A DNA stretch of 64,000 nt from an uncultured Methanosarcinaceae archaeon (GCA_963833425.1 CAWHXP010000002.1:1-64000), one strand, 5' to 3'; shown: positions 31,647-43,266, counted from the stretch's first letter. Program-made: numbers and translations. The notes: generated by a model from the sequence alone, not told the origin.

Positions 31647-32426
31647 ATGGTTGATTTCAGTGCCTCATTGTTTCCTACATTAATAATTGTATTTTTAATA
31701 CTCTCACAATCTATAAAAATGGTTAATGAATATGAGAGGGTAGTTATTTTCAGGCTAGGTCGTCTTAGTGGAGTAAAAGGACCTGGTATTTTCCTGATTA
31801 TCCCAATTGTCGATAAAGTTATTAAACTAGACCTTAGAGTTGTTACAGTTGATATCCCTAAACAGGCAGTGATCACGCGGGACAATGTCACGGTTGATGT
31901 CGATGCCGTTGTTTATTATAAGGTAGTTGAGCCGGGAGCTGCTATAACTCAAGTTGAGAATTATAAGTTCGCAACATACGCCCTTTCACAGACAACACTC
32001 AGAGACGTGCTTGGTCAGATGGAACTTGATGGACTGCTTTCGGAGAGAGAAAGTATCAACAAGCGAATTCAGGAACTTCTGGATGCGTACACAGACCCAT
32101 GGGGGATTAAGGTTACAGGGGTTACTATTAGAGATGTATCATTGCCAGATACAATGAAAAGAGCAATTGCCAAACAAGCTGAAGCAGAGAGAGAGAAGCG
32201 TTCAAGAGTAATCCTTGCAGAGGGAGAATCTCAAGCTGCCCAGAAAATGTCAGAAGCAGCAGCCTTCTATCAGGAAGTACCTACAGCAATCAAACTGAGG
32301 GAACTGCAGACTCTTGCTGAGATTGCTAGGGAAAAGAATCTGATAGTTGTTACTCAGTCTCAAGCTCTTGAAACCGGAAACATAGCAGCCTTATCTCAGG
32401 CTATTTCTAGAAAGAAAGAACAATAA
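31647..32426 (+). CDS. SPFH/stomatin (slipin) family protein
   Basis: EYERVVIFRLGR, ITRDNVTV.VDAVVYY, QAEAEREKR. Confidence 0.95.
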   Translation: MVDFSASLFPTLIIVFLILSQSIKMVNEYERVVIFRLGRLSGVKGPGIFLIIPIVDKVIKLDLRVVTVDIPKQAVITRDNVTVDVDAVVYYKVVEPGAAITQVENYKFATYALSQTTLRDVLGQMELDGLLSERESINKRIQELLDAYTDPWGIKVTGVTIRDVSLPDTMKRAIAKQAEAEREKRSRVILAEGESQAAQKMSEAAAFYQEVPTAIKLRELQTLAEIAREKNLIVVTQSQALETGNIAALSQAISRKKEQ

Positions 32427-32451
32427 AGGTGAAAAAAGAGTCTGAAGAAAA

Positions 32452-33783
32452 GTGACGATCAAGAAAGGGCCGACAAACATGCTTATGGAAAGAGTTATAC
32501 GTTTCCTCTTCGTTTTATTTTTATGCAACATTCTTATAGCCACCTCTGCTCACGTTGTTGGGGCAGAATCTGACAATAAGGTGCTTGTGCTTAAAATTTC
32601 AGGGGCCATTACACCAGCTTCAGATGATATCATAGCTAATGCAATAGCGAAAGCTGAGAATGAAGGCTTTGAGGCTCTTGTAATTAGCCTTGACACACCT
32701 GGGGGAGGGTTGGAAGAAACACAGGCAATCATAAAGAAAATTGGGAATGCAACAGTTCCTGTTATCGGATATGTACCTGATGGTGGAAAAGCTTGGTCAG
32801 CTGGTACTTTTATTATGATGGGAACTGATATTGCCTCAATGGCTCCTTTCACTGTGATTGGGTCAGCACAACCAGTGCATATATCAGCAGAGGGAACAAA
32901 ACCCATAGAAGACAAAAAGATAATAAATGCCCTGATCAAGTATTCAGTTACAACCGCCAGTAAACACATAAGAAATGAGACCTTTGCGGAAGAAGTTATA
33001 ACCAAAAATAAAAATATTGACGCTAAAGAAGCACTAAAAGCGGGTGTAGTAGACTATGTAGCTTCTTCTATCCCTGATTTGCTGACCCAGATCAATGGGA
33101 AGGTTGTGAAAGGAAAGATTCTCAGAACTGAAAGCTTCAGCATCGAAAATTATGAGCCTCCTTTCTCTCTTGTATTCTTGGAGCTGATCTCAAACCCAAT
33201 TCTCTCTTCTCTTCTATTAATCATTGGGTTTTACGCGATCGTCTTTGGAATTTCAAGTCCTGGATCAGGAGCAGAAGTTTTTGGGATTATTGCGATATTA
33301 CTTGGGCTAATAGGTACAGGGTTTAATATTAATATGGGTGCAATCTTCCTCATAATCACAGGGATAGGGCTTCTGATCCTGGAAATTAAGATTCCAAGCT
33401 TCGGAATTATCGGATTTGCAGGCTTAATCAGCCTTATAATAGGAAGTGTACTCCTTGTACCTATGGGAGATGAAAACATCTATATCCCCGAATTCAGGAG
33501 ACTTATGACTTTGACAGTTATCATCCCTACGGTAGTCTTCGGGCTTTTCCTTGTCTTCGCAATTTATAAAGTAACCAAGATCCGAAAGAAAAAACCAGTT
33601 ATAGGAACAATCATCGGCGATTTCGCTAGAACAATAGATCCTCTTGGACCAGGAAAGTCAGGATTCGTTCGGTATAATGGAGAATACTGGCAAGCTAGAT
33701 CTGAGGAAGAAATCGGAGTAAAAGAAAAAGTTGAAATAATTGGGAAAGAAAATGAAGTACTTCTAATAAAAAGAAAAACTTAA
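32452..33783 (+). CDS. nfeD: NfeD membrane-bound ClpP-class serine protease
   Basis: LDTPGG, AWSAG, TM bundle, C-terminal OB fold GEYWQARS; paired with SPFH gene. Confidence 0.92.
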   Translation: MTIKKGPTNMLMERVIRFLFVLFLCNILIATSAHVVGAESDNKVLVLKISGAITPASDDIIANAIAKAENEGFEALVISLDTPGGGLEETQAIIKKIGNATVPVIGYVPDGGKAWSAGTFIMMGTDIASMAPFTVIGSAQPVHISAEGTKPIEDKKIINALIKYSVTTASKHIRNETFAEEVITKNKNIDAKEALKAGVVDYVASSIPDLLTQINGKVVKGKILRTESFSIENYEPPFSLVFLELISNPILSSLLLIIGFYAIVFGISSPGSGAEVFGIIAILLGLIGTGFNINMGAIFLIITGIGLLILEIKIPSFGIIGFAGLISLIIGSVLLVPMGDENIYIPEFRRLMTLTVIIPTVVFGLFLVFAIYKVTKIRKKKPVIGTIIGDFARTIDPLGPGKSGFVRYNGEYWQARSEEEIGVKEKVEIIGKENEVLLIKRKT

Positions 33784-34058
33784 TACTTTCTTTATTTTAG
33801 TAAAATACCCCAAGCTTTCTGCTGGGTGGAATTTTGTGAAATTATAGAATCGTAGGGATAAATGGAATGAATATTCCTTTTTTGCAGCGGTATGAGCAGG
33901 TGCATCACTCCAGTAAAAGAGAATGATTCTGGAAAATCAAATAGAAATTTGGAAATAGGAATTCGGTTATACAGAAATCTTCGCTAAACCCACAATAGTT
34001 ATATTTTAATCCAGAAACTCGACATTTATAATCCAACTAAAAGTATTTTTGTGTTGGT

Positions 34059-34253
34059 TTGAACTTGGAAAGCGAAAAGATAAAAATTGCGATAGCAAAT
34101 GTGTTAAAAAGATTGGACGTTGCCTATGTAGATGATGACACATACAAACGGCTAGTCAACATTGGCTTACAGTATGACTATATTGAAAGTGAACTCTTGG
34201 AACAACTGATTGAAGCTGAACTTATTATGCTGTTAGATAGACGTATATTTTGA
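34059..34253 (+). CDS. Small hypothetical protein
   Basis: 64-aa ORF with protein-like acidic composition, TTG start. Confidence 0.5.
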   Translation: MNLESEKIKIAIANVLKRLDVAYVDDDTYKRLVNIGLQYDYIESELLEQLIEAELIMLLDRRIF

Positions 34254-34482
34254 GAGCTTTCGAAACTATTTTTAATTTATTTTCTTATATTGGTGAATTA
34301 TATATAATGGAATTAAGATGTATGGACGAAGTTTTTTCTCCTGAACTATCAAAGGAAAAATTGTAAAAGAAGAGTATTTATTCTAAATTACAGAAAATCG
34401 TAATTGCTGATCTTGGATAAAATGTTATATATCTATAAGTCATAAAAGGTTAAAGGGTTGTTTATTTATCCAGGATGCTTTT

Positions 34483-35655
34483 ATGAAATATATTTACCAG
34501 GACTCTACGGAACTGCCTGTACAGCGGGATTTCATTGAGGATCTGAAAACATTTTTAGATATTACTTCCAAGGTAATTCCTCTGGAGAATTCCATAATAG
34601 AAATTAAATGTAAACATAAAGAAGCTGTCTATTCATTGAACAACAGAATACATGGAATGAATAACTTTGAAGATAAACTCAAAGTATTAATTAAAGGATT
34701 AGTGAACGAAGTAGATATTGATGATGTTGTACCTTGCGCCAATACAATACTCCAAACCTGCAGTGAAAATCTTGGGAAAAAAAAGGAAGTACTTGAAGCA
34801 GAGTGCAGAAAAATAGAAAATGGAACTGCTAATGAATATAGAAAATTTGAAATCAGAATCCTGGAGGTTCTCAACAGATTTTTAATCTCAGGAATTTACG
34901 GAGCTGAAAAGAGGTTTGAGCTTTCTAGCGGTGTAAATGGTGTTTCAGGGAAAATGGAGGGTTATGTATCAGGTCTTCAATACTGCTATACCCTCGGATT
35001 CACAGAAGAGTCACTGACAGTAGATAAACTTATTGGAAATTTGAGCCTACCCGGCTGGACACGTACAGGTATCCTGAGAAAAGAAGAAAAAATAAAAATG
35101 CAAGATATTTCCGAGTTCCTTGTAAGTTTTCTAGAATACGACAGCCAGAAAAACATCCGCATAATCCTTGAAAGCAAAAAAGCAAATCGAAAATTCAGGA
35201 TAGAGGGAAATATGTTAAAATATTTTGTATATGATGCTGATAAGGAAATTACAGCCGACAAAGAACTAGGGGTCTTTGTCGACATGAAAAATTTAGCGAA
35301 AATCCCGGAAAAAATTCAGGCTTATCTTAGGACAAATATTCGCAGTTATATTCTATCAAATGTTTTGCTTGACGAGGAGGATGCTGTCTCAACCAATCAG
35401 ATATTTGACTGTCTGAAAGTAATTGCTGAGCAATATGGTGTAATCTTTCAGGAATGTCTAGCAAAAGGATGCAATAAAGAAGAAATAATCATCAAAATGG
35501 AAGAAGCTGATGGGAAAAGGGCAGAAAAGTATATATCCAGGGCCGAGATTTACGCACAACTCGCAGAGGTTGGGAGCGAAGGTGTAGAGATTGCTGGAAT
35601 ACTTGGGGTAGATAGCAAAGTCCAAATGAAAGATAAAAATTACCTGATTGTCTGA
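34483..35655 (+). CDS. Conserved hypothetical protein (coiled-coil N-terminal half)
   Basis: 390-aa uninterrupted ORF, MKYIYQDSTELPVQRDFIEDL. Confidence 0.8.
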   Translation: MKYIYQDSTELPVQRDFIEDLKTFLDITSKVIPLENSIIEIKCKHKEAVYSLNNRIHGMNNFEDKLKVLIKGLVNEVDIDDVVPCANTILQTCSENLGKKKEVLEAECRKIENGTANEYRKFEIRILEVLNRFLISGIYGAEKRFELSSGVNGVSGKMEGYVSGLQYCYTLGFTEESLTVDKLIGNLSLPGWTRTGILRKEEKIKMQDISEFLVSFLEYDSQKNIRIILESKKANRKFRIEGNMLKYFVYDADKEITADKELGVFVDMKNLAKIPEKIQAYLRTNIRSYILSNVLLDEEDAVSTNQIFDCLKVIAEQYGVIFQECLAKGCNKEEIIIKMEEADGKRAEKYISRAEIYAQLAEVGSEGVEIAGILGVDSKVQMKDKNYLIV

Positions 35656-35779
35656 ATATTTATTTTGCTTTTAATTATATTCGCTATCTAGGAATTACCT
35701 ATTACAAACGGCTTTTTCATAGACCAAGGCGTAAAATCACTGGGTCTTCAGTCAGTGGTTGTGAGCGTCAACTTCAACC

Positions 35780-36130
35780 GCGGTTCCTTATGTAATTTTT
35801 GGCTACTTTTTGCTAACGTTGTGATAGAAGACGCGAAATATCCTTCACTCCATAATGTAGTTCTTTACAATAGTATTTTTTCAAATTCTCTTTTTGAGCT
35901 TTCCATGGCCTAATTGTTGTCTCCGGTTTCAGTTTTCGAGTGATCTCTAGAGTAATGACTTTTGGCTTGATCTTAACGAGTAGACGGATTTGGTTTTTGT
36001 CCGTTTTCATTTCTAGTATTCCAAAATCTTCCTCGTTTTCGATGTCAGGGATTATCTGTTTGAGTTCTTAGTCAATCGGTTCTGGTATCTTTTTTTGAAA
36101 CTACGTACAAAGATCTCGTGATACATCCTC
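35780..36130 (-). pseudogene. tnpA: Y1 transposase TnpA relic
   Basis: MKTDKNQIRLL (decayed D-H-I-H HUH motif), RKLK..T.R.W, then WSEGYFASS in another frame. Confidence 0.75.
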
Positions 36131-36185
36131 AAAAATTTATTATATTTCTTATGTTTGCACACTTTATTTACTGAAAGTTTATTTT

Positions 36186-37200
36186 ATGCTAGAATATGTT
36201 ACTTATTGTCTGGTGAAAGAATTCACTTTAAGCTATATCCAACAATTATCAATCAAACCGACTTAATTAACATATTGATAGTTGTAGGTTTGTCTATGAT
36301 TAAGCGCTTGATCAGAAAGTAAAAACCTATGAGCAAATCGAAAAATCAATTTCTAGGTTTGACTTAATAGAATGACTTTCAAATCTGAAAAAGCAAAATA
36401 AGTGGTTAGGAAACATCAATTTTCAACCACTTCAGAGTATGACTACAAAGGTAAAATTTGCATTCACTAGATTTTTTAAAGCAAAGAATGATTTTCCTAA
36501 ATTTGACTCAATGAAGAATCCAATTCAGTAATTCCCGATACACAATACGACAATGGATATTTTGAAAACAATACTATTAAGCTTCTTAAGATTGGAAAAA
36601 TCAAAGCAGTTTTTCACAAAACATTTGAAGGAAAATTAAAAATCGCTATTATTTCGAAGTCTTGACAGAAAGTACTTTGCCAGCATTTCAGCGGAAGATA
36701 GAAAAGAACTTCCAGTTAAACAAATGTTTCTGAATTTACGACTATTGACATGGGCTGTGGGATAAAAGATTTTGCTGTTATGTCAACTGATAAGAAGGTT
36801 AAATCCGGAGTACTTAAAAACTATTCAAGGACTTTTATATTACTCCCAAAAATAGTTATTTTAAAACAGAACTGTTCTAAAAACAGAGAAAAAGCCCACA
36901 AATACTTGCTGTACTTCACTAGAAAATAACAAATAAGAGGAAATTTTCAACCCAAAACTCTCTTTTAAACTTATTAGCGAGAATCAAGCAATCGCTTTTG
37001 AAACTCTGAATGTTAAGACATGATTACGAATCATCATTCAACTCAGTCTATAATTTTTATGAGTCCCATCACTCTGAGCTAACACTAAAATATCGAGATT
37101 GTAAATGTCCTGATTGCAAACAAAACATGATAGAGACATTAATGCAATAATTAACATCAAAAAATTCGCTCTCATTGATCAAAATTTAATTAAAATCTGA
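36186..37200 (+). pseudogene. tnpB: TnpB relic
   Basis: Fragments LKLYP, GIKDFAVMS, ENQAIAFETLNV, CPDC...HDRDINA.INIKKFAL (RuvC and Zn-ribbon); many stops and frameshifts. Confidence 0.82.
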
Positions 37201-37292
37201 CATCTGTTAAATACAGGGATGTGCTTTGGGTCTTATTCTCAAAAAAATTAGAATGAACCAAGAAGCAACCTAGTCTTCAGCTGGGTTGTAGT

Positions 37293-38168
37293 TCACAGTT
37301 TTATTCTACTTTTTGCATGGGAAGCTATGAATTCTCTCATAACTTTTGCTCCTAGCATTGCAGTTTGCCCTGAATCATATTCTGGGGCAATTTCTACAAT
37401 ATCAAAACCCATTGTAAAAGGAGCAAGAGTTCTGACTGCGGTTCTGATATCTCTTGCACTCATTCCGAAAGGTTCTGGGGTACCCAAACCTGGGGCGTAA
37501 GCCGGGTCTATAGCATCCATATCAAGGGAAAAATATAGTTGTCTGCAGTTAAGCCATTCAATAGCTTTTTTGAGCACTTCTTCAATACCTATACATTCTA
37601 TATCATCGGCTGTATAATACTTCAGGTTATTTTCCCTTGCGAAATTCCACTCTTCTTCCGAGCCGCTTCTGATTCCGATAAAGACTATATTTTTCGTAAT
37701 CTGATTAAGAATATTTCTAGACACACAAGCGTGGTTGTGCTCGAATCCCCTATACTCTTCCCTCAGGTCTAAATGGGCATCAAAAATAAGGACTCCAAAA
37801 TCCTCTTCCGCGAATTCGGAACATGCCTTTACCGTAGCAAAGGTAAGGGAATGCTCCCCTCCAAGCATAATGGGAAATTTCCCATCTCTCAGGATGTTCT
37901 TTGTGACTTCGTGAAGGCTTTGCAAAGTCTTATTAACCGAGGCTGAAGTTTCAAGGTTTCCTGCATCATAGATAGGGAGGTCTACAAGATCGATATCGAA
38001 AGTTGGGTTATAGCTCTCGAAATTTGCAGAGACCTGTCGTATGGCTTCCGGAGCCCAGCGGCTGCCTGCCCGATAGGAGGAGGTATTGTCAAAAGGCACG
38101 CCGAAGATAACATAATATGCAGATTTATAGTCTGCAAGAGCATCTACAAAGGAATTAGGTAAAAACAT
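37293..38168 (-). CDS. speB: Agmatinase
   Basis: GGEHSLT, FDAHLDLR, HNHAC, SLDMDAIDP...PGLGTPEP. Confidence 0.95.
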   Translation of the reverse strand: MFLPNSFVDALADYKSAYYVIFGVPFDNTSSYRAGSRWAPEAIRQVSANFESYNPTFDIDLVDLPIYDAGNLETSASVNKTLQSLHEVTKNILRDGKFPIMLGGEHSLTFATVKACSEFAEEDFGVLIFDAHLDLREEYRGFEHNHACVSRNILNQITKNIVFIGIRSGSEEEWNFARENNLKYYTADDIECIGIEEVLKKAIEWLNCRQLYFSLDMDAIDPAYAPGLGTPEPFGMSARDIRTAVRTLAPFTMGFDIVEIAPEYDSGQTAMLGAKVMREFIASHAKSRIKL

Positions 38169-38245
38169 ATTATAACCTGATTAAAATGATTTGCTTAAAA
38201 AATTGGTTCAGGATGTTAACCTGGGTCTTCACCTGATTCTAACAT

Positions 38246-38632
38246 TTATGCTCGTATATCGAGTTTGATCTTTCCAAGAGCCGTGATATATGAAATCTCT
38301 TCGCCCTCTTTGACTTTATCCTTATACTCATCAGGAATTATAATTTCAAATGTCGAAAAATCTCCCATGTCCATAAGTTGGGCGATGTTACTGGTAATTG
38401 AGATAATCTGCGCACTCTTTCTTTCCACTATCGGCACGTATATTTTGTTTGAAACTGAACCTATATAGGATCGCTTCTGGCCGTCAAAGAGACCAATAGC
38501 TTCGATCCTGGCCTTTGCAGATCCATGTTTCCCGGGTTTAGATTTCGTAATGCTCTTTATGATACTAGCTTCGTCGTCGATTATTGCATATTTCCCTTCT
38601 TTAAGATCCTTTACTTCTACCTGCTGTTTCAT
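38246..38632 (-). CDS. eif5a: Translation factor aIF-5A
   Basis: KSKPGKHGSAKAR hypusine-site motif. Confidence 0.96.
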   Translation of the reverse strand: MKQQVEVKDLKEGKYAIIDDEASIIKSITKSKPGKHGSAKARIEAIGLFDGQKRSYIGSVSNKIYVPIVERKSAQIISITSNIAQLMDMGDFSTFEIIIPDEYKDKVKEGEEISYITALGKIKLDIRA

Positions 38633-39159
38633 AGCGATTCTCCCATACATCTGAAATATGCCTTAAATAAGGCTCCATAAATATCAGTAAACGTCATACT
38701 GGATTTGCTGGAAAAACTTTTCCAGAATTTAGTCCTATGAAGTAGTACAAGAAGGCTTTTCTAATTTTTAAGCCGGTCTCTTTTTCATTTTATACTGTGC
38801 TGACTTCTAGTATAAATGAACTGAATTTGTTCTTTACTTGGGCGCCTGTAGAATTAATCTGCAGGTAGACAAGTAATACGTTAATTATCCTTGACTATAT
38901 AACGCTTGTGCGAAATTTTGCTTTTTTAGACTAACTTCCAGACAAAAATAGCCTAACTATTAAGAAAATACTTCAAAGATTTTAATTTAATCTGGGTCTT
39001 AAAACTTACTATTGAGATATTTTGTATTATTTAATGGGTTTTTGATTGATTTCAGCCAATTTCCAGTGAAACTAAGTGTAAATTTTTATGATACTAAGAG
39101 GTTTCAGAAAGTATCATTTTTCTAAATTATTAAGTATTAATTTTTAATGTGAAGACTAA

Positions 39160-39249
39160 GGGGATTTCGATAAACCCTTAAATTTAGTCATATGCTTATA
39201 AATTGCATATAAATTACTCGTGAAAAATAAGAAATTTATTGAAATCCTC
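39160..39249. mobile_element. ~90-bp MITE with IS5-type ends
   Basis: GGGGATTTCGATAAACC...TTTATTGAAATCCTC. Confidence 0.75.
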
Positions 39250-39332
39250 TCTAGCCAAAATCCTGTGACCTGAGTCCGAAGGACTGGATAACCGGAACAG
39301 CTTTAAAGTTTATAACTTAATTACTTCTCCTC

Positions 39333-39812
39333 ATGAATTGCTATATAAAAAGACTTACAAAGGTTCGTATGATGGCGGATTATCAGTTTGGGAAAAATGT
39401 TGGGAAAGAACTTTTTCCTGATGGGGTGACATTTCAGATATCTCGGACTAAAAGAGTACGGCAAGTCTTCAGCTCTGGAAACCGCATAGCTACTGCAAGA
39501 GCAAGAGACGGTTTTTTTACCCTTAGTATTGAAGGAGCTTCCGTTGTTCATAGGCTTTTGCCCGGAAAAAAACTCAGAGTCGTTATTTTGAAAGAAGCTG
39601 TTCCTTTTGTGGAGAAAGGTAAAACCGCTTTTATAAAACACGTGATTGAGATTGATCCGGAACTCCGGGCCGGGGAAGAAGTACTTTTGACAGACGAAGC
39701 TGATAGACTTCTCGCAACAGGGCAACTACTCCTGTCCCCTGCAGAGATTTTGGCTCTTGACAGTGGGGCAGCTGTGGATGTAAGGGTAGGAGTTGCTTCG
39801 GAAAAAAGTTAA
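39333..39812 (+). CDS. PUA-domain protein, probable small subunit (C2+PUA) of split archaeosine tRNA-guanine transglycosylase
   Basis: ADYQFG, IAT.RA.DG.FTL..EGA, GKTAF.KHV...D..LRAGEEV, AVDVR.G. Confidence 0.78.
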   Translation: MNCYIKRLTKVRMMADYQFGKNVGKELFPDGVTFQISRTKRVRQVFSSGNRIATARARDGFFTLSIEGASVVHRLLPGKKLRVVILKEAVPFVEKGKTAFIKHVIEIDPELRAGEEVLLTDEADRLLATGQLLLSPAEILALDSGAAVDVRVGVASEKS

Positions 39813-39830
39813 CAAGCTTCAGAAAACAAA

Positions 39831-39919
39831 GAGAAGTTCGATAAATTATTATTTTTCACGATTAATTTATGTGCAATTTATAAGCCTATACTAAATTTAA
39901 GGGTTTATCAAAATTACCC
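39831..39919. mobile_element. ~90-bp MITE, inverted relative to 39160-39249
   Basis: Reverse complement aligns over its full length with the 39160 copy. Confidence 0.75.
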
Positions 39920-40456
39920 AAATTTTGAAGAAGTATTGAGTGTATGATATCAAAAATAATTATTAGTCTAGCATGACAGTTATGTTGACTTGCAAGTACT
40001 TTCACTTATTTGTGTATATACTTAGAATAATTTCATGTCTGTTTTCATGCTGAAAGTAAATACTTTTTAATTTTTGGATAACGTATAGTTGGATTGATAC
40101 TATTTTTATTATTTGAATGTTCTTAAGTAAACGGAAAAAATGAATAAGAATATATTGTAGACGGTTATTTTTGATAAATATAATCAAAAAAACAGATCAT
40201 ATTCTTGAGTTATTGATCAAATTTGAAAAACGAGTACCTTAATTTATGGTTAAATGTGGAAAAAGTTTCTGGTTTTGCTGTTTTCAATAACTCATTGATA
40301 CGATCAAAAAGTAGATAATGGATATTTCAAAAAACAGTCACTAAATCGTATTCTATATTCGTATATCCGAAAATTCAAGTAGATAAAAGAATCATATAAT
40401 AGTTCCCCAGGAGAGTGTGAAATATTCCAGAGCCAGATCAGATTTTAAAAAACCTC

Positions 40457-41560
40457 TTGGTTCCAGATAATACTAGAATCGAAGCAAATAGGATTATAGT
40501 TGGTGGGGACGTTATTGTTGGCAATCACTCAAGCATTAAATATAGCATACTCGGGGATACTGTCATTATGGGAGAAGGAGTTAGCGTTTCCGGGGATATA
40601 TTGGCAAGGTCCGATATCAGAGTTGACATGTGGTCTAAACTGGGGAGTAGTGTAGAAGTCGGCAAAAATGCTTATCTAGGGGAATTCGTAACCATTGACG
40701 GAAAACTGGTAGTAGAACGGGACCTAGACGTAGGAAAAGAAGTTAAAATCAGAGGGGGATTCGAGGTCAAAGGATGGATCATGGTAAGGAATCCAGTTCC
40801 TGTAATTATTTTTATATTTCTTTACATAAGAGAAATGATGCATCTCGGAAAAGGCGAGGAAATAGAGAAAGCCATAGAAGAACTATTTGAAGATCCAGAA
40901 GATTTTCAGGGTATTGAAGGACAAGAGCTTAGTGAAAAGGTATTGATTATCCCTGCCGGCGCAAAAATTTCCCCCCAAGCAATTGAAGTCACTGGAGACG
41001 TTGTTATCGGAAGTAGTTGCCTTTTAATAGGAGATATCAGAGCACAGGCAGTAGAGGCTGGAAAAAATATGGTACTAAAGGGAAGTATTTATTCAGAGAG
41101 AAATATCAGCATAGGTGGGAACAGTACTGTTTATGGGAATCTCTCTTCAAAGGGGCAGGTAAATATCGGCCAAAACAGTCGGGTCTTTGGGGGTATAAAA
41201 GCCGATTCAGTATTATTGCACGAAAATGCAATTGTAGACGGCACAATAAAGGCACCTTCAGGAGTATCTTTCTTGCGGGAAGCTGCGGAAAGACCACAAG
41301 TTCTTGCAGAAATTAATGTTTTAGGAAATGAGATTAAAAATGATATAATTGGGCAGAGCAGAAGCGAACCTCAAAGTGAACGCTTAAAAACTATGGAATT
41401 AATCGAGATAAACTCAATAATTAAAAAAAGTACTAGAGGTAAAAAAACATTTGTATCTTGTAGAGAAGAAACATCTGCCAGAACTCAGGCGTTAGGTAGG
41501 ACTCGACGTATTGGAGGAGTAAGAAGATTTAGAAGAAAGCATGTAACTAGAAAACCCTAG
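40457..41560 (+). CDS. Beta-helix protein (polymer-forming cytoskeletal/bactofilin-like repeats)
   Basis: Two blocks of V.G.I.A...V.IG repeats separated by NPVPVIIFIFLY; basic tail; start uncertain. Confidence 0.75.
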   Translation: MVPDNTRIEANRIIVGGDVIVGNHSSIKYSILGDTVIMGEGVSVSGDILARSDIRVDMWSKLGSSVEVGKNAYLGEFVTIDGKLVVERDLDVGKEVKIRGGFEVKGWIMVRNPVPVIIFIFLYIREMMHLGKGEEIEKAIEELFEDPEDFQGIEGQELSEKVLIIPAGAKISPQAIEVTGDVVIGSSCLLIGDIRAQAVEAGKNMVLKGSIYSERNISIGGNSTVYGNLSSKGQVNIGQNSRVFGGIKADSVLLHENAIVDGTIKAPSGVSFLREAAERPQVLAEINVLGNEIKNDIIGQSRSEPQSERLKTMELIEINSIIKKSTRGKKTFVSCREETSARTQALGRTRRIGGVRRFRRKHVTRKP

Positions 41561-42078
41561 AATTTGTCCTACTATGAGTGCCCTATTATCATGACAATAA
41601 TAATTATAGAATATGATTTGAATAGTTTCTAATAACTAGAAATGTGTCCAAAGCTTATTTGGATAATAAATCATTAAATGATTGCGATACCGAAGTGGCT
41701 TGCTCCCTACAATCTTTATTCTGTTCTTGATCGTTCATAAATCGGTATTTATTCTTAGACCAGATAATTCCATATATCATTAAACGAAAATGTATATGAT
41801 ATTTTTTTCATAGGGAACAGTAACATTTTTAGGATAGCAGGGGATTATGTGAGCTTCAGTGAAAATATAATTTAAACTAGCACCTGGAAAACCTCAGCTA
41901 CAACGTTTCAGAATTACTCAATGATGCTTTGAAACACAGTGTTCAATTCAACATCCATAGTTTAAATTATGGATTATAATCTAAGCTCTTGATATGTATC
42001 TTTGAGTTCATCAAATAAATTTCAAGGTCTCTATAATTTGGATTTTTTATCTTTACAAGTCTCAGGGAAGGAGTTCAT

Positions 42079-43266
42079 TTGACAGAGGATATTACGGGCC
42101 CTAAGGACCTACAGGCAATGTGTAATTTAGTTATGGATAAAGATTCTAAATACGTGATGCAAACCTATGGGCGCCAGCCCCTTGTACTCTCAAAAGGAAG
42201 GGGGGCACTTGTTCAGGATATTTATGGAAAGGAGTATATTGACTGTGTTGCAGGAATCGCAGTAAACAATGTTGGACATTGCCATCCGATAGTTGTCAGG
42301 GCAATACAGGCTCAGGCTGAGAAACTGATTCATGTCTCCAATCTTTATTATACCGAAATCCAGGCTGAACTTGCTGAAGCTCTGGTTTCAGTTACGGGTA
42401 TGGAACGTGTTTTTTTCTGTAATTCCGGAACTGAAGCCGTGGAAGGCGCAATGAAACTAGCCCGTTTAGTTTCTGGGAAAAGCACTTTTGTAGCGGCTGA
42501 ACATTCTTTTCACGGCCGAACTATAGGGTCACTCAGCGTTACTCACAAGGATATTTATAGGGTTCCATTCATGCCTCCTGTTAGTTCTGAGACTGTTTTT
42601 GTTCCATATTCAGATACCAATGCCATCAGGCAGGCGATTTCGGAAAATACTGCAGCAGTTATCCTTGAACCTATCCAGGGGGAAGGAGGGGTAAATATAC
42701 CGGATCCTGGATACCTCAAGGAGGTAAGGGAGATATGCAATGAAACCGGAGTCTTTCTTATATTTGACGAAGTACAGACAGGTTTTGGAAGAACAGGCAC
42801 ATGGTTTTGTAAAGAGCAATTCGGAGTTGAGCCTGACATCTTGAGTCTGGCAAAAGCAATCGGAGGAGGTTTTCCTATGGGTGCCATCACTACCAGTGGA
42901 ACTCTCAGTTTCGGCATCGGTCAACACGCTTCTACTTTCGGAGGCTCCCCTCTCGCCTGTGCGGCCGCCCTTGCTTCAATTGAAGCAATTAAGGAAGAAG
43001 GACTCCTTAGGCGCTCGATGGAACTCGGGACCTATTTTATGGAAAAACTGAAGGGTATGGAAAGGGAAGATGTTGTGGAGGTACGCGGGAAGGGACTCAT
43101 GATAGGAATCGAGATAAAATATCCCTGCAGCAAGTTTGTAGATTTTGCAAGGGAGAACGGCGTACTCTTAAATTGCGTATCTGATTCAGTGCTTCGTCTG
43201 GTTCCTCCGCTAGTAATTACGAAAGAGCAGATTGATAGGGTAGTTGATATCCTTGAGCAGGCCTGA
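42079..43266 (+). CDS. argD: Acetylornithine aminotransferase
   Basis: [40 protein letters not shown]. Confidence 0.93.
   Translation: MTEDITGPKDLQAMCNLVMDKDSKYVMQTYGRQPLVLSKGRGALVQDIYGKEYIDCVAGIAVNNVGHCHPIVVRAIQAQAEKLIHVSNLYYTEIQAELAEALVSVTGMERVFFCNSGTEAVEGAMKLARLVSGKSTFVAAEHSFHGRTIGSLSVTHKDIYRVPFMPPVSSETVFVPYSDTNAIRQAISENTAAVILEPIQGEGGVNIPDPGYLKEVREICNETGVFLIFDEVQTGFGRTGTWFCKEQFGVEPDILSLAKAIGGGFPMGAITTSGTLSFGIGQHASTFGGSPLACAAALASIEAIKEEGLLRRSMELGTYFMEKLKGMEREDVVEVRGKGLMIGIEIKYPCSKFVDFARENGVLLNCVSDSVLRLVPPLVITKEQIDRVVDILEQA

Larger units (their letters stand above)
35725..37296. mobile_element. Degraded IS200/IS605-family element (divergent tnpA and tnpB)
   Basis: Related subterminal hairpins ATCACTGG-GTCTTCA-GTCAGTGGT and CAACCTAG-TCTTCAG-CTGGGTTG; right end GTTCAC; both genes decayed. 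Confidence 0.85.
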
